A stretch of 64,000 nucleotides of DNA from Klebsormidium nitens (Eukaryota > Plantae > Klebsormidiophyceae). Made by a program: the position numbers and the translations under genes. The stretch lies in the NCBI GenBank assembly GCA_000708835.1, contig DF237221.1:51783-115782 (forward strand), in the 5' to 3' direction. Position 1 is the stretch's first letter, and each line of letters opens with the position of its first letter. The notes beneath the pieces are model-generated. The model worked only from the letters and a program-made list of their open reading frames with translations. It was not told the DNA's origin and made no database searches. This document shows, piece by piece, positions 37,569 through 50,900 of this stretch.

Positions 37569-40500
37569 TTAGGGAAGGAGCAGGACGTCATCTGCGTGAG
37601 AAGGACGACAATCTTAGCAGCGGATGAGTCGAGAGCTTTTGGCATCAAGCATGAGTTTCTATCACGAATCCAACGACAAATCTCATCTAATTTATGATCA
37701 AATCAGTAGCCGCAACAATCCAGAACACGCTAGTAAGACAATCGTGAGAGAGCTTCGTCTATCTACCCAACTCTCGGTAACTGCAAAATAAGCAGTCCAT
37801 GAAAGATTTATCAGTTTTATGAAGCGGCCAGCAAGACGTCAAGCTGCCCTTCATGCTGCGAATAGAAGTACGTCCTGCATTTCGAGGGGACCACTGCACC
37901 CCATTATAACGCAGGGTATAAACCGCTTCCTTTCAGACGCTTACAGGAAGAGCACTGCATTCCGACGGGCAGACAATAATCTTCGCTCAGGAAACATTGC
38001 GCTACTTTACTAGCAAGGGCCGGGGCTTACCTGCAAAGATGAAGTCCGGGTCCTTGATACCGTTCATCTTGGATAGCACGTCAATGCTGGTGGAGAACTC
38101 CCGGGCGATCTTGGAAAGAGTGTCGCCCTGTAGCACAAAATACTTGTGATTCGTTCGGTCTTCCGCAAATATGTTTGCGTTTTGTAGGCTGAACGAGCAG
38201 TTGGAAAAGATGCCAGAAAGTCGCCCAACGCCGGTTTCGAACTTCAGAGTCAAACTTTGAGAAGCTGTGGTTGCCGCAAAAGATTCACGGCATAGCAAAG
38301 CATTGGACACGTCAGGAGTTGCACTTTTGAAAGCAGTGGAACGCCGAGTATGCGAAAAGATCGGGGCTATCATATCGCCGCTTCGAAAGAAAAGCTAGAA
38401 AATACGCCAATGAGGTTAAGCAAACGCAACGAGTTCGAGAGATCCGGTATGGCCGCAGACGACCTCAACAGAAGCCACAAAACGTTTCTACCAGAACGCG
38501 TTGATAGGGGGCACAGGCGAACAGTACGCAAACTTTAAAAGAAACGTGAAGAGCGAATTGCTTACCGGCCTGATCGTGTACGTCTTCGGAACCCAAAGTT
38601 GTTGACCGGCGTAGACCCTGTCGTCCTTCAACCGGTTTGCCTGCGGGAAGTAGATAGCTTTCAATGTGTTGCTCGCTGCTTTTTGCAAGAAAGCAGAAAC
38701 AGTGCATACCAATATTGAAGACGAGTGTGGTGCACCTTCGTTGACACCTGCGTGGAATTTACGTCGCAAAGTCCAAATCAACGTAAAGATGCCAAGGTCG
38801 GCATTGATGCAAGCTTTCTTGCAAGGTGAAGCCATGGAAACCTGAGGGCTCAGCGAGCAGGAGACACCTTTCAAGAAGAAAGACCAGAAACTTGATCTGA
38901 GAGAGAAGAAGCTCTTTAGAAATGACACTGTTTACTCGGAAGCTTCCGCCACCGCACCAAAACGAAACAATTTCGTGTTCTCAACTTGAGCTCTATCCCA
39001 ACCACCAGAATGACTTAGGTATCAAGAATGAGGCAGGAGCAGACTTGCGCTCACCTCCATAATGACTGAGATTGGCGCTCCCAGGCGGTCTGCGATCTTG
39101 GTGAGTGTGTCTCCATGCTGCACAGTGTACCCACGGCTGCCGCCTTCACCGAGGCCCCCGGCCGCTGCCGAAGGGGGAGCACCTAAAGAGACGAAACGGG
39201 AGGACAGAGTGAGGTCTTACAGTGGAAAGTGACGCCAATGTGCAAAGAGTTGCAGTTTCTCTGTGGGTATGTAACATACAGGTTGCACCAGTTGGCTTGC
39301 TCGTTGCATCGTTATCGACTGCTCGGTGAATTTTTTCTCAGCAGGTGTCTTCTGCTTTCTGTAATGGAAAGAGCTCTTCCAATCTCATGTATGACATTTG
39401 AGAAATGCAGATTCCGTTAGGGATCCGAAGCAATCAAACAATCATGATTCAAGCAGGCTCGCAGGCAACAATCAAGGGAAAACTTAGTCAAGGCAGGACC
39501 TTTGATTATTCTGTGATCTCGAAGACGTCTCCTTTTGCTTTGGGCTCACGTTCAGACTGGTGTATGATTGTATGAGTATAAGATCGATCGCCGCTCCTTA
39601 CCTGCAGCAATTGCCTCGTCAATCACGTGGTGCGAGCTCTCCTCGCCGTGCTTGCGAACGGCCCACGCTGCCGCACCGATCGCTGCAGTGGCTGCCCCAG
39701 CGCCAGCGGCAAACCGCAGAAAGCGGTGAGGTCCCCTGCAAAAGCCACAGTTCTTTCTCAGGTTGTGCAAACCTACCATATCAAGAAGTAGACAAGTATC
39801 AATGCTGGCAAAGATAGCCCAAGACTGCGTCTGATGACAAGTCAATCCACGTGAAGCTCAACCAACCAGATTATTTAAGAGGCAGATGACCGTCTACCTA
39901 AGGATCGCGGAAAATAAAATGCTTAAGAATTCTTACAAAAGGCTTCAGACTTGTAGAAATATCTGCGCATTCCAAGATGTACTACATGAATCTAGAGTAT
40001 GGGACATGGAAGTTGATACGAGCTTTCAGAGGTTGCACTGCTTGCGAAATGGTTTCATTTTGGGGAACTAGAGCTGCTCTGATTGTGCCTCAAGATATTC
40101 AAAAATGCCAATGTCACAGGACAACCGGAAGTGAAAGATTGTGAAAAGTGGTCGAGGTTGGACCCAACACACGAGGCAGCTATAAGTTGCTCCCAACACT
40201 GTTGTTGACGCTCTTCTCAAGAAAGGGCTTTCGAAAGGTTTTTCTGCCCAATGCTGCAACACTGATCAATCAAGAAATTGAATTAGCTAGATGAGCTAGC
40301 CCCTACTTCCTAAGGACCCTGGCTTCTAACACAATAAGCTCCCTCTACCCAATACAAACTGAGTGTCAACTCCTATCCAAAAGCCATTGATGAGATCAAA
40401 ACTCAAGTCCATCAGAACAAACATGGGGGCAACTCACTCCCTCTTCTCCTCCTCCCGGGTCGCCATGCACACAACCCCTTGCCTAACGGACGGCCTGCTC

Positions 40501-40658
40501 AGAGTCCTGAGAGCCCTTTGCGGGAGTTGGGTAATCAGGAATCGATTGGATGGGGGAAGCTGTCGGACGGGAGACGTCCTAGTGGAGGAAGTCGCGGTTT
40601 GTACCTGGAAGAACGAAGCTGCATGCAGAGGGGCAGAAGACAGCAGTGCTGAAGCCAT
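37569..40658 (-). CDS. Double-LysM protein with a predicted plastid transit peptide and an Ala-rich hydrophobic segment; exons 40658-40438, 39735-39602, 39182-39055, 38640-38566, 38127-38031, 37591-37569; ~225 aa
   Basis: All splice phases are consistent. LysM1 is YTVQHGDTLTKIADRLG...ANRLKDDRVYAGQQLWVP and LysM2 is YTIRPGDTLSKIAREF...NGIKDPDFIFADDVLLLP. The N-terminus MASALLSS...VVCMA is S/T/R-rich and lacks acidic residues. Confidence 0.85.
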
Positions 40659-41476
40659 GCTCTGCTGCTTTCATAGAATGCAAGTGCCAATGGCGCCAAG
40701 CCGCCAGAATCGTGGAACAGCTTCAAACTCTTTGAGAGACGAACCCCACATACCTATACCTATTGGCTTGCCTCTTCCTCTTAGGAAGAGGGGAACCATA
40801 GGGATCGATCATTTGGGCACTGTACGACGCCGCGGCGCGGGCCCGCCGTTCGACGTGCTTGGGTTGGCCCGTTTCGACGATAAAACGTACGGTATTGCCT
40901 GGAATTCTGGACAAATAACGGTGCGACATTTTTTGGACTGGGGCCCCGCGTGCGGAGCAGTTGCACCTTACGAATCGAACACATTGGCTCGACCGGTGCA
41001 TGGTGCAAGTCGCGGAAGCGCGCTTCGTGCATGTCCGCGATCTTCGACGCCGAAGTTTCGCGCTTGCTCGGTTGGCTGGTTTCACGACCAAGACATCTAC
41101 ACCGTTGAAAGAGATATGGCCAGTCGATGCCAACTGCGATTATCAACCGTTGATTACGTTGGAAATCAAGGAAGAGGCAAGCCCTTGCCGTCGCATCGAC
41201 GGCCAACCATGTACAGTAGGACCTACCTAGGAGTCAGGACTACAGAGGCTGCAGAGTCGAAATGTTCCGATGCGTCTGATGCCAGGTGGCAGGACAGACG
41301 CACGACCGGCGACAAGTCAGCAAGATTTACCACGGGTACCACGTGCTGGAGACGGAGGCTGCTGCCACTGGAGCAAGAGGCACAAAGCAGCCGAACTTGC
41401 CAACCAAACGGATGCGGACACCGTCCAGTTTGACTAGCCGGGCACTGTTTCAAGACTACCGGGAACCTCACCAACA

Positions 41477-41590
41477 CTAAAAACCTAAGAATATGCCTAA
41501 GCCGTTAGTATAACCCTAATCGTAATGCAGTCAGAGTAAAGGTAGCACGACCCTAAAAAACCGTCACAGGCTTACAACAGAACCCTAATG
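41477..41590. promoter_or_regulatory. Cluster of telo-box-like ACCCTAA motifs between the divergent LysM and TPR-MYND genes
   Basis: ACCCTAA occurs three times (about 41513, 41550, 41582), plus AAACCTAA near 41483. Telo-boxes are known plant promoter elements; function here is untested. Confidence 0.3.
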
Positions 41591-41857
41591 TCACAGGGGG
41601 CCCCGGTTGCTTGCCGGCGGTTCCAGGTCCGATCAGTAGCAAACCGGCGTCCGCAACTTTTTTCCAAGAAAAGTTCGGCTGCTTTGTCCGTTTTGCGCCA
41701 CTGCTGGCACTGGAGCCAATTTATATTGCGAACTGCGAGAAGCCTGCCCCTTGGATTCAAGAAGTGGTGAATAGTCTACTGATGTCATTGATCAGTCCTA
41801 CATTGTTCTGTGCTTCGGCCTCCAATTGGGCAATGCAATACGGTACACCTGATAACA

Positions 41858-44800
41858 ATGGCCTTGGGCCAAGTGTCAAGGGGAGTTCTTGCGGATGCTG
41901 ACGTCGTGATGGCTTCCCTTTTTGATCTGAGGTGCGAGATGGAGAACTACGGGGCAGACTTTCAGGAGGGCCTCGGCGAGGGAGCTTTGCGCGAGCGGCT
42001 CAAGACGCACAAGTGCGTAACTGCATTGGTGACATTCCCCAAACTACTTACGAAAGCTGCAATGTGTCCCCAATATGTTGAATGCTGACCCAAAAGTCTG
42101 CGAGCAAAGAAAAGCAGATGGAGATGTCTGCTAGCGCAAGTTCAAGTATGGTGAGATGTTGCAAGAACTGTGCAATGTCTTTTTACAAAGGTTCCAGATG
42201 ATTTCCTCAAATCAGTGTTGAGAGTCCGCTGTGAGAACCTTGTGTGCATTCTGAAGTAATCTGAGCGTTATTCCATTACGTCCTTTGATCTAAATTGCAT
42301 CCTCTTCTGAACGGTTTGTTCCACTTCCAGTACAGCACAGACACAATGTCAGTAGCATCACGTCAGTCAGTAGACATAGGGGCACCTTCGCATCGCTTGA
42401 CAACTAATCGGTCCATTTTCTTATTGCAGGAGAGACTATGCAAACAGAGAACTTTCTAGTGTCTCTGCGGACGTGGCAGCAGGCTTTATGCCAAGCAACT
42501 GCACCGGTCCCTCTGGCGTTAGAGGGGTTCAACACAATTTTGGGAGCTTGCTTAAGGAACTAGAAGAAAAGAGTTTTGACCACGCAGCCAGAAACATAGA
42601 CGTCTTCTTTCTCGGTGAGTCGGCATCATGTCAGAGCAGAAAAGTCTAGCGTCACTCTTGTCTCCCTGTCATAGACTTTTATCTATAGAACGTCGCTTTG
42701 TAAAGTTGCATAAGTCAATGGAGGGTGGTCAGGCAGAAGCATATTGTGGACACCAAATACTCCTTGCTGTAGGAACAGAGGCCTCTTGTTTTGGCCCTTT
42801 GTTCGAACCTTCCAGCATCTATCAATGAAAAGTCAGCAAGCCACTAAGCGAGATCTTTTCCAAATCACAAGTTACCGCGGAATCATGATGTTGGGAAAAC
42901 TTTGCCATGTTGACCCTGAAAGGAGTCTTGTAGTCGACCTCTGAGAACACACGTTCTCTATTTTGTGTCATATAGGCCACAAATGGGGGGAGCACTTTGA
43001 GAACATGGGCGAACTCCAGACTGCAGAAACATTCTATGCGGGCGCGCTTCAAGCCGGTGACTGTCCTGCGGGCCGAAAGGCCCTGTCCCAAGTATACGGC
43101 AAACGGGACATGGTCGCTGTGGTGCAACAGTACTTGGGGCTCCTTTACAAGAAACAGAAGAAGTTTGACAAGGCAGAGCAAATGTATTTCAAGGTTCTGG
43201 ACACTCCGGCCGCAAGCCTTGTAATGAGCACGCTTACATTGCATCAGCTGTCAAACCTGTACCTAGTCACAGGGGATGCGGCCAAGCTCAGGTACGCTGC
43301 TAAAACGCTCTTGGAAACCTGCGTCCATGCCTCTATGTGTGCTCATTTGTATGTAGCTCAAGAATATGCGGGAAAGCGCGTCTGCAATTGCCAGAAGAAT
43401 GTTTAGGATCTTGCAATCCTTGGATATTCTGTAACTCCATGAGGATGTTGCGCAAACGATCTTTATCCCTTCAAGCTAGGGAATAGCCGCCAGAGGGAAA
43501 TTCTTGTGCTAGGCCAAACCTGCTAGGGGACTGGCGTGCGCTTAACGGTCTTCTCTGATTTGCTCCAGGAATGCTCACAAGCGGTGGAAGAAGCTGCTGG
43601 TGGCTCACAAGGTTCCTGAGGACACCCTTATCTACTGCCAGTATCATGATAGCAGGGCGGACTTCCTACGGACCCAAAGAGAGTTCAAAGAAGCCGTCGA
43701 GCACCGGGAACAAGCGATGGCGATCTACGAGAGTGCTTATGGTGCGGACTCGTGGCTGCTTAACCCCAAGCTGGTCAACCTGGCTAAACTCTCCATGGAT
43801 CAGGTGCGCTTGCAAACCCTTGACAAGCTACAGCGTTGCAGATACCTCGTTGGGAGAATTGCCACACTCTGCAAAGTGACAAAGAGCGAGTGAAGTATTC
43901 GGAATGAGACTGAAGACGTTCTTTCAGAAAGCTATGTCGTCTTGAGGAGACTACGCAAAGAAACTTTGCTGTGAAACAAGCATTCAAATTGCCTGTCAAT
44001 CCTTGCCTGCATCGTGCCTCATGAACTCGACTTTTCCACCTGGCAACTCCGGCGAAGCTCTGGGGACGCCACAATCGCCTTTTGCTTCGTCTAATGCCAC
44101 CCAAACGAAATTCGTTGGCTAGGCGAACCTCAAAGATGCAAACCCAAGGCGTGAATCAAAGGATGCGGCTTAGCGGATCTGCTGATTGGAGCGTACCTGC
44201 ATTGCTGCCATGTTATCTGACCAGGCGTTGCCTGCTTAGGTTGCCATTCTAACGGAGCCTTTTTTCTGCTTCGCCTTGCAGTTCAGATTCGAGCCGGCAT
44301 ATGCTAGGCTTGAACGGGCCCAGAAGATCTGCTCACGATTACGCCAGCTCACCGAAGCAGAAAAGAATTCATGCCACCCCTTTGTTCCAGTCCTACAAAA
44401 TCCAGGTAAGCAGAATGTAAGCAACCATCCGAGCGTCACGGTGATTCGCCAGATTTATCTATCGGGGACATACGTTCCTCTTTTAGTCGCATTAAGTTTC
44501 GCCGTAGAATCATAAGTTTCTGCTTGACGATCTAGTACCTTGATGAGACATCTTCGAAGGAGTCGATGGCTGTGCATGGCACGAGCAGCAAAGCTGTTGA
44601 CTCGAAAGAAATGGGATTCAATCAATTTTAAGGCCGATCTTGCAATCAGTCAACTTCGTGTCATTTGGTGGAAGATCCTTCACGTGTTCTGCCGCTTCAC
44701 CCCAAATCTTTCTCCTCTTTTCTTGCAGTCCTTGCGACGACGAAACAACAGCAATTGCAAGCGCAGACCCTCGCCGCCATGGGTGACGTCAGAAGCGGGC

Positions 44801-46172
44801 AGCGGCGAAACTCAGAAGCGCTGGCCCTCTTCGAGCGCGCATTTCGGATGGACTACGACAAAGCAGACGGCAACATGGGGGTCTACATGCAGAGCCACGG
44901 CCACGTAAGTATCAAGAGCAGTGATTGCTAATGCGGTGTTAAGGTTGGGAACGTTCAGTTGAGACGCAGCCTATGCTTGGGGGATGTGGAGTCAGATCAT
45001 GGAACAAGAGGACACGTTTTGGAACGCTGCCTGGCCCTGAATATACGCACTCGATGCTTGACGGAACCGCATACAGGTGTGCTACGGTCATGGTTAACTT
45101 TTCCGCCTGAGGAAGCTTGGATGACTTTGGTGCATCGGTTAAAGACAGTGCCGTAACAAGATTCTCCGGGTACGAGATGCCTTTGTCCTCGTGTTTTTCC
45201 ATTGACTACAGATGTGGCTCAGCTTGCGAAGTCATACACCAATCTGGGAAAAGTCCGTGATTCTGAGAAAAGTCGTGACGTTTTCATTGACACTTTGAGA
45301 CACCGCAAGACTCCGTCCTCTTTTCCTTGCAGGTGCTTAAGGAGCTCGGACGTTTTGACGAGGCACTAGACGTAATGAGACGCGCATCCGCGCACCTGGA
45401 TAGGACATTCGGCAACGGATACTTCCAGTCGGTAGTGGCAAGATGCGCTTTGGGAGAGGCGCTTCTCGAGGCTCATCGCTTCACGGAATCCAAGACTGTG
45501 CTCGAGAAGGCGCGCTCTCTGGCGTTGGCTAGCCTTGGGCCGAGTCACAGAGCAACGCAGGATGTGAGGCTTTAGAACCCCCCTCTAGCTAAATCTAGGA
45601 TTGTGCTTAAGATCAGCGCTTCTGCTTTTGATCTTTACGCCCACCTCGACTCTATCCTCTGGGCCCCATTGATGTCATGCGCTAATTTCTTCCCGACTTC
45701 GGTTCGTTGGTGAATTCCATTCGTTAAGAGCTGCTTGGAGGAGAAACGAAGTCGTTGCATACGGGATTGCTTAGCGGGCTTCTCGCTTGTTCACCGTTCC
45801 GCTGCTTTAAGACACTGCAAGATTATTTACCGGGGTCACGTCGTCCTCGACTAGATTCAGAAAACTTCTTCCAATGAAGTCAATTCTCAGAATAGGCGCA
45901 CATGTCTGGCTCCTCGGAACTCAACCTCGGAACTTCATTAGCACCAAATCCGCTATTCTTCCTTTCGTAGATCGAGGACCTGCTAAGAGTGGTGACGCAT
46001 TCGCTGGAAACTGGGTCCATCCCGTTCTCACTAAACGTGCCCACCCAAGAGTTCTCGGAGATGTACCGGCCCCCAGAGATGAAGCCGAAGTGCGAATCTT
46101 GCGAGAAGCGGGAGCAGGACGGGGAGAAGTTCAAAGTATGCAGCAAGTGCAAGCGCGTGAAGTACTGCTCGG
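41858..46172 (+). CDS. TPR-repeat protein with a C-terminal MYND-type zinc finger; start (41858 or 41909) and last exon unresolved
   Basis: TPR-like exons include QQYLGLLYKKQKKFDKAEQMYFKVL, EAVEHREQAMAIYESAYG...LVNLAKL and VLKELGRFDEALDVMRRA...ALGEALLEAHRFTES. The MYND start is CESCEKR...FKVCSKCKRVKYCS. Confidence 0.75.
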
Positions 46173-47936
46173 GTAAGTTCCTTGACCGAAGACTCTGCTG
46201 CGCATATTTTGGCGAATCTTCGAGACGAGCGCTTGCACGTTGGTGTGTGCTTCCTGTCGCCTCCTGAGGACGGCAAACTGCAGATTGTCTTTTTCGTCTT
46301 TTCGACTCACATCACCATTAATCAGCCGGGAACAGGTGGAGGAGTGTGCTTATAGTTGCAGTCGAGATGCAAAGGATGGATGACAAATAAACGGGCGATG
46401 ACGCAACTGCTGAAACCACTTTGAACTTCTTGAGTGCCGGCTCGCAATCTCGCGGCGTTAAAACATGAGAGCAAGACCTCCTGAATCAGTCGAAGTTGCC
46501 ACAGCCGTCGGACAGCTCGACTGGAGGGCGGACTTAAAGCCTCCTCTGCCCTGAGTGTTGGTATTTCAATGAATAGCATGCGCCAAAGACGGGTCCCACT
46601 TGCAAATGCAATCTGGATGCTAGGAGCCTCAATTGTGCGCTTCGTCTGCAGTGGAGTGTCAAAAGGAGGACTGGAAGCAACACAAGAAGAAATGTCGGCC
46701 TCTGCCCATCTAGTTAGACCATACAACAGCCTAGACCACCTTTACTAACAACATCGCCTTTTGTGTATATTCTGCTCACGGTGTACCTCCATATTAATCA
46801 TGGTACAGGGCTTTTATACAGAGCGCCGCCTTTACCGGCAAGTGAATCTGGCTAGGCCAAGCGTGCGGCGAAGCCTGGAACTTTTGAAGCTAGGTGATTG
46901 ATGCTTTCTTAGAAAAACTGGAAACAGATTCGGTGTCCGACCGGTCTGGACATGGAAAATCGTATGAGTGGAACTTATTTCCATACGTACATGCAAGTAT
47001 AGAGCTGACACAATGAACATCGTCAAAGAATCAATTTGGACCTTTTCAAGTTCTGTTTCGATGCACTTTGAAAAAATTGGTTCTTTTGAACAAGCGACTC
47101 CGCGTTTATCTCTACTTTAAGATTGGACGGCGCGCGTTTCGTCAGACAAATTGCGCAGGATCACACACGGTATATACGGGCCCACGCACGAGGAACATCC
47201 CCAGTGGATAATGCATATGACGGGAGAAGATAAGATGATTCCTATGAACTCAAAGTCTAGATTGTTGTCATCATCTGATCTGATGGGAATAGTACCGTCA
47301 TGTCATGCTTAATCAGATGCATAATCGATTGATCTCGTCAACATGGCAAGTTCTTATGCACCGGCGATGGTACCGTCAGCGGATGTCGAAATGCATTAAC
47401 GGTTCTTGATTTGATTTGAGATTTACGCTCGTGTACATAACGTATCCGACTGCAGAGTGTCTCGAGATGGCGTGATAGTGCAACCGGAGACTGCAGCCGC
47501 GCATACGTTGAACAAGGGACCGTAATCAGGCTGGTCCCAGCGAGACGGTCCCAACAGATAGTATTGAACCTATTGACGAGTGGTTTTGCGTTTCTCGACG
47601 TAACATACGCCAAGCCTGCCGAATTGGCTTCTATGAGTATTCGTTTTGCTAGCGGGACGCGGCCAACGTCGCCATCAATATCATTGCCCTCACGCAGTCA
47701 GAAAATTGCCGTGTGACGACTCAAAGGCGACACTGAGTCCGTTCTAGTAGTATCATCCGGATGAAAGCCGTCAGTCTAGTCTGAATCTAGCCGTGAACCC
47801 CTCACTGTACTGAGCCGATTCGCTATTTGACTTTGTACCCCTTGCTTCCAGTTCTCTTGTCTGTACAAAAGAAGTGACAGGGATTGATCAATCGTGCCAG
47901 ACTCAGCGACCCATCTCGTATACACCCCCGCCTCCT

Positions 47937-50900
47937 TCAGAAGAACACCATGCGCTTCTTGAGGTTCTCTTGGACGCGTGGCAGCTCGTACTTTCGCCAC
48001 TGGTCTTCCGCGCCCGCTTCTCCACTCGATACGGACGCCGTGTCTTGATCCCAGGAATCTTGCATGTATAGACGGGCCCGCGTGGCCGCCAAATCTGCAG
48101 GATCAGGCTGGGAGTTTCGGAAGACTCAGATGATCCGACTTTCGAAGTTCAGGCATGAGGTGGCTGAAAAGAAACACAAAGGTCACTCTTCTGCTTTGCA
48201 AGAATTGCTTTTGCATTCAACGCTGAGAAAGGAGCAATCAACAATCCAATTCATGATGCTGAACACTGGACTGGCTTCCAGCAGATTCAAGAATGACAAG
48301 AACCAGTAAGTTGGCAGGGTTTCGTTGACTCGGACAGTCGCAAGCGGCAAACTCGTCACAGAACATCGTGAGAAGCGCAGCAGAAGGTCGTGATATGTTG
48401 CGCGCTTTGTGGAACCGATCAGTCAATGTGACAAATTGAAGCATAAGAGGACGAGGCTTACCGGCATAGTATGCCGGAGGCGCTGCAGTCAAACAAAAGG
48501 ATAGAAGTCAGACCCGCTTGACATATTCGAGCAGACTGGTTTGCGCATGATAGGTTGCTCAACAGCCGAGAGTAGCAAGTGCTCCTCGAGTAAGGATAGC
48601 TCGCAACATCTGTCGGAAATATCACAAACGCCCTCACGCAAGGACTCAGAAGTGAGCTTTCAGGCGCGGGGCTTATATGAAGGAATAACCGCGGCTCGTT
48701 CGCTTTACAAATTGTCGGGCAAGAATTCGAGGCTTACCGACAGAGATCGAACGGGTACACGCTGCATACCTGCGCCAGAAAGACGTCGGACTTCAGCAAA
48801 CGCCAACAGATCTGTTTCGCCGCCAAACTTGCAACAATCTCCTGATTATCGCTGGGAAGCAAAGTCGCTGGACTTCTCTGAGTCTGCAGACAGCTCTGTG
48901 TTGTGAAACGTGGATACTGTCCTCACTAGCGAAACCCGCTCGATATGACCGCGCCAAGCCTTTGATACGCACGGGCTTTTAGAGAGGAAAAGCTCTCTGC
49001 AAACCCGAAACATCAACCAAGAGGAGGCATAACCCAGCCGCCCAGATTACAATTCCTAGTATCATGACCTCAGTACTTACGTGTAGCAGAGATCATTTGT
49101 GAGGGCCTGAATCTCGTCGGGCAAAAAGTTGTTCTCGTCGTACACCACGTAGTAGTGAATTGGGCGGCTCGTACCCTGTACACAGGCGGGTTAGCAGCGG
49201 GTTAGGGGAGTCGCCGCAAGGGTTTGCGGCAAAGCACCAGCAACTCCGACATTTTCAAGCAAAATAACAATCAGCTTCAATGCCCGGGACTTGATTCCGG
49301 CAGCCCAGCCAGAAAAACAGCCCGAAAGTCAGAGCCCCGTTCTAGACTGGTCAATGTAGCGGACGCGCTCGTGTTCGGCAGAGCGAGAGCAATCGGCACG
49401 TCAAAAATCAACCGTAGCCGATGCTAACAGTCGCGCACCGCTGGCAACGTGAAGTTACCCTGTGATTTGCGGTTTTCAACCGAATTGCTTCCCCACGAAC
49501 CGAGGCCCCAAAGAGCTTTCGGTCCGCACTCCAGCTCCTGCAACCTAATTTTTGTGACGCTAAAAGGTTCAAGAAGGCGAATGGTAGAAGAGACGTCTTA
49601 CCTGGATCCCCTCGTGGCTGGTCAGGAAAAAGTCAAAGAGTGACGGGTGGCTGACCACGTTGTCGACGACGGTACCTGGACGTGACAAGTGGCAGAGTGT
49701 GGGTGGTTGAGAAGTCGGAGAGTCGAGTCACTCGAAGCACGCAAGTGCACAGGTTTTTCGAGAGGTGTATGGAGTATACAGTTTGTTTGAGAACATTTGC
49801 GGTTGGCAGTTATAGTCGAAGCAGGGAGTGAGCAGGCGCCTGGAAGTCGCTGTGCGCTCGAGAAGTGATGACCTGGAGTGAATGGTGCTTGGACCGAATC
49901 CTCCGCCAATGCTGACGTCAGGCACCCGCAGGATCTTACATCATTCTGACTTTCGTAAGTTGGTCGACCAAACATTCTATGATCAGCGATACCAGGCGGA
50001 CGCATTGCAGACCAACGGCAACGCTGTAGAACCTCAGAGAAACTCTGGGGTCAGTAGGGCGACCCACCGGGCTTGATGTTGCCCTTCTTGTCGCCGTCGC
50101 TCGGTGTCTCGGGGTAGAAGCGGGTATGGTGCCGCTTCTGCACGATGATGAACGTCAACGGAGGGCTGTAGCCGCTGTCAATGGAGTTGCAAGCCTGCAA
50201 AAATAACGCCAAAACGTTACTGTGAGCACGGGCTCTGAATTGAGTACTTGCAATTGATGTTTGCAGCCCCTTGATCCACTTTGGTTGTGATGAAGCTTTT
50301 AGTATGGTCTGTCCCGTGCGAATACGATGAGGCTTGCAGTTCACAGTTTCCTGACGGCTCCATGAGCGCAGCTTTCAAAGATGAAAGATATTGACGCCAA
50401 TTGCTGTTAGAGAGACAGATTTTCATTTCTTCCTCTGAAGCAACCTTTTCTGCTTTGATCTCATCTGTCTCCATGTTTTGCAGATCAACACGCTGTTCAT
50501 CGTGTCAGACCAACCTGCAACTAGTTCTACGCCAGTACCAAACTTTGCTAATCGAGCGGGCTCTTCAATAGCATCATCTCACCTCTTTGATGGCCGCGAC
50601 CTCCTCCTGGAGAACGCTTCGGAACTGACCGTCGCTCACGCCATCTCGGTAGAAGATGATGCGACTAGGGGGCCGCCCTCGATTGTGGTGGTAATATGCC
50701 CTCAGGAGGGTCCTGCCATGCAATATGGTAGGTGTAAGCTAGACTGCTCTATCACTGTGTTTCGTAGAGCTGTGCAAGAGCAAAAGAAAGACAGAAGCAC
50801 CGCTGTTGAGACTAGAAAAGGGGAAGAAGCAGGTGGGAAATCGTTCTGATGGTGAGTCTAGGTGCCGAGGCTCTACGGTAACGTGCAGATTGAGAAGTGT

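Noticed and set aside
40363-41433. 356-aa plus-strand ORF
   Set aside because: It overlaps LysM exon 1 in antisense and its promoter, has no recognisable domain and has an uncharacteristic composition. A small unrecognised gene or TE fragment in 40960-41480 cannot be fully excluded.
12065-46172. TPR protein as a kinesin light chain partner of the nearby kinesin-1
   Set aside because: TPR similarity is generic, there is no N-terminal heptad region typical of KLC, and the 25-kb proximity is uninformative.
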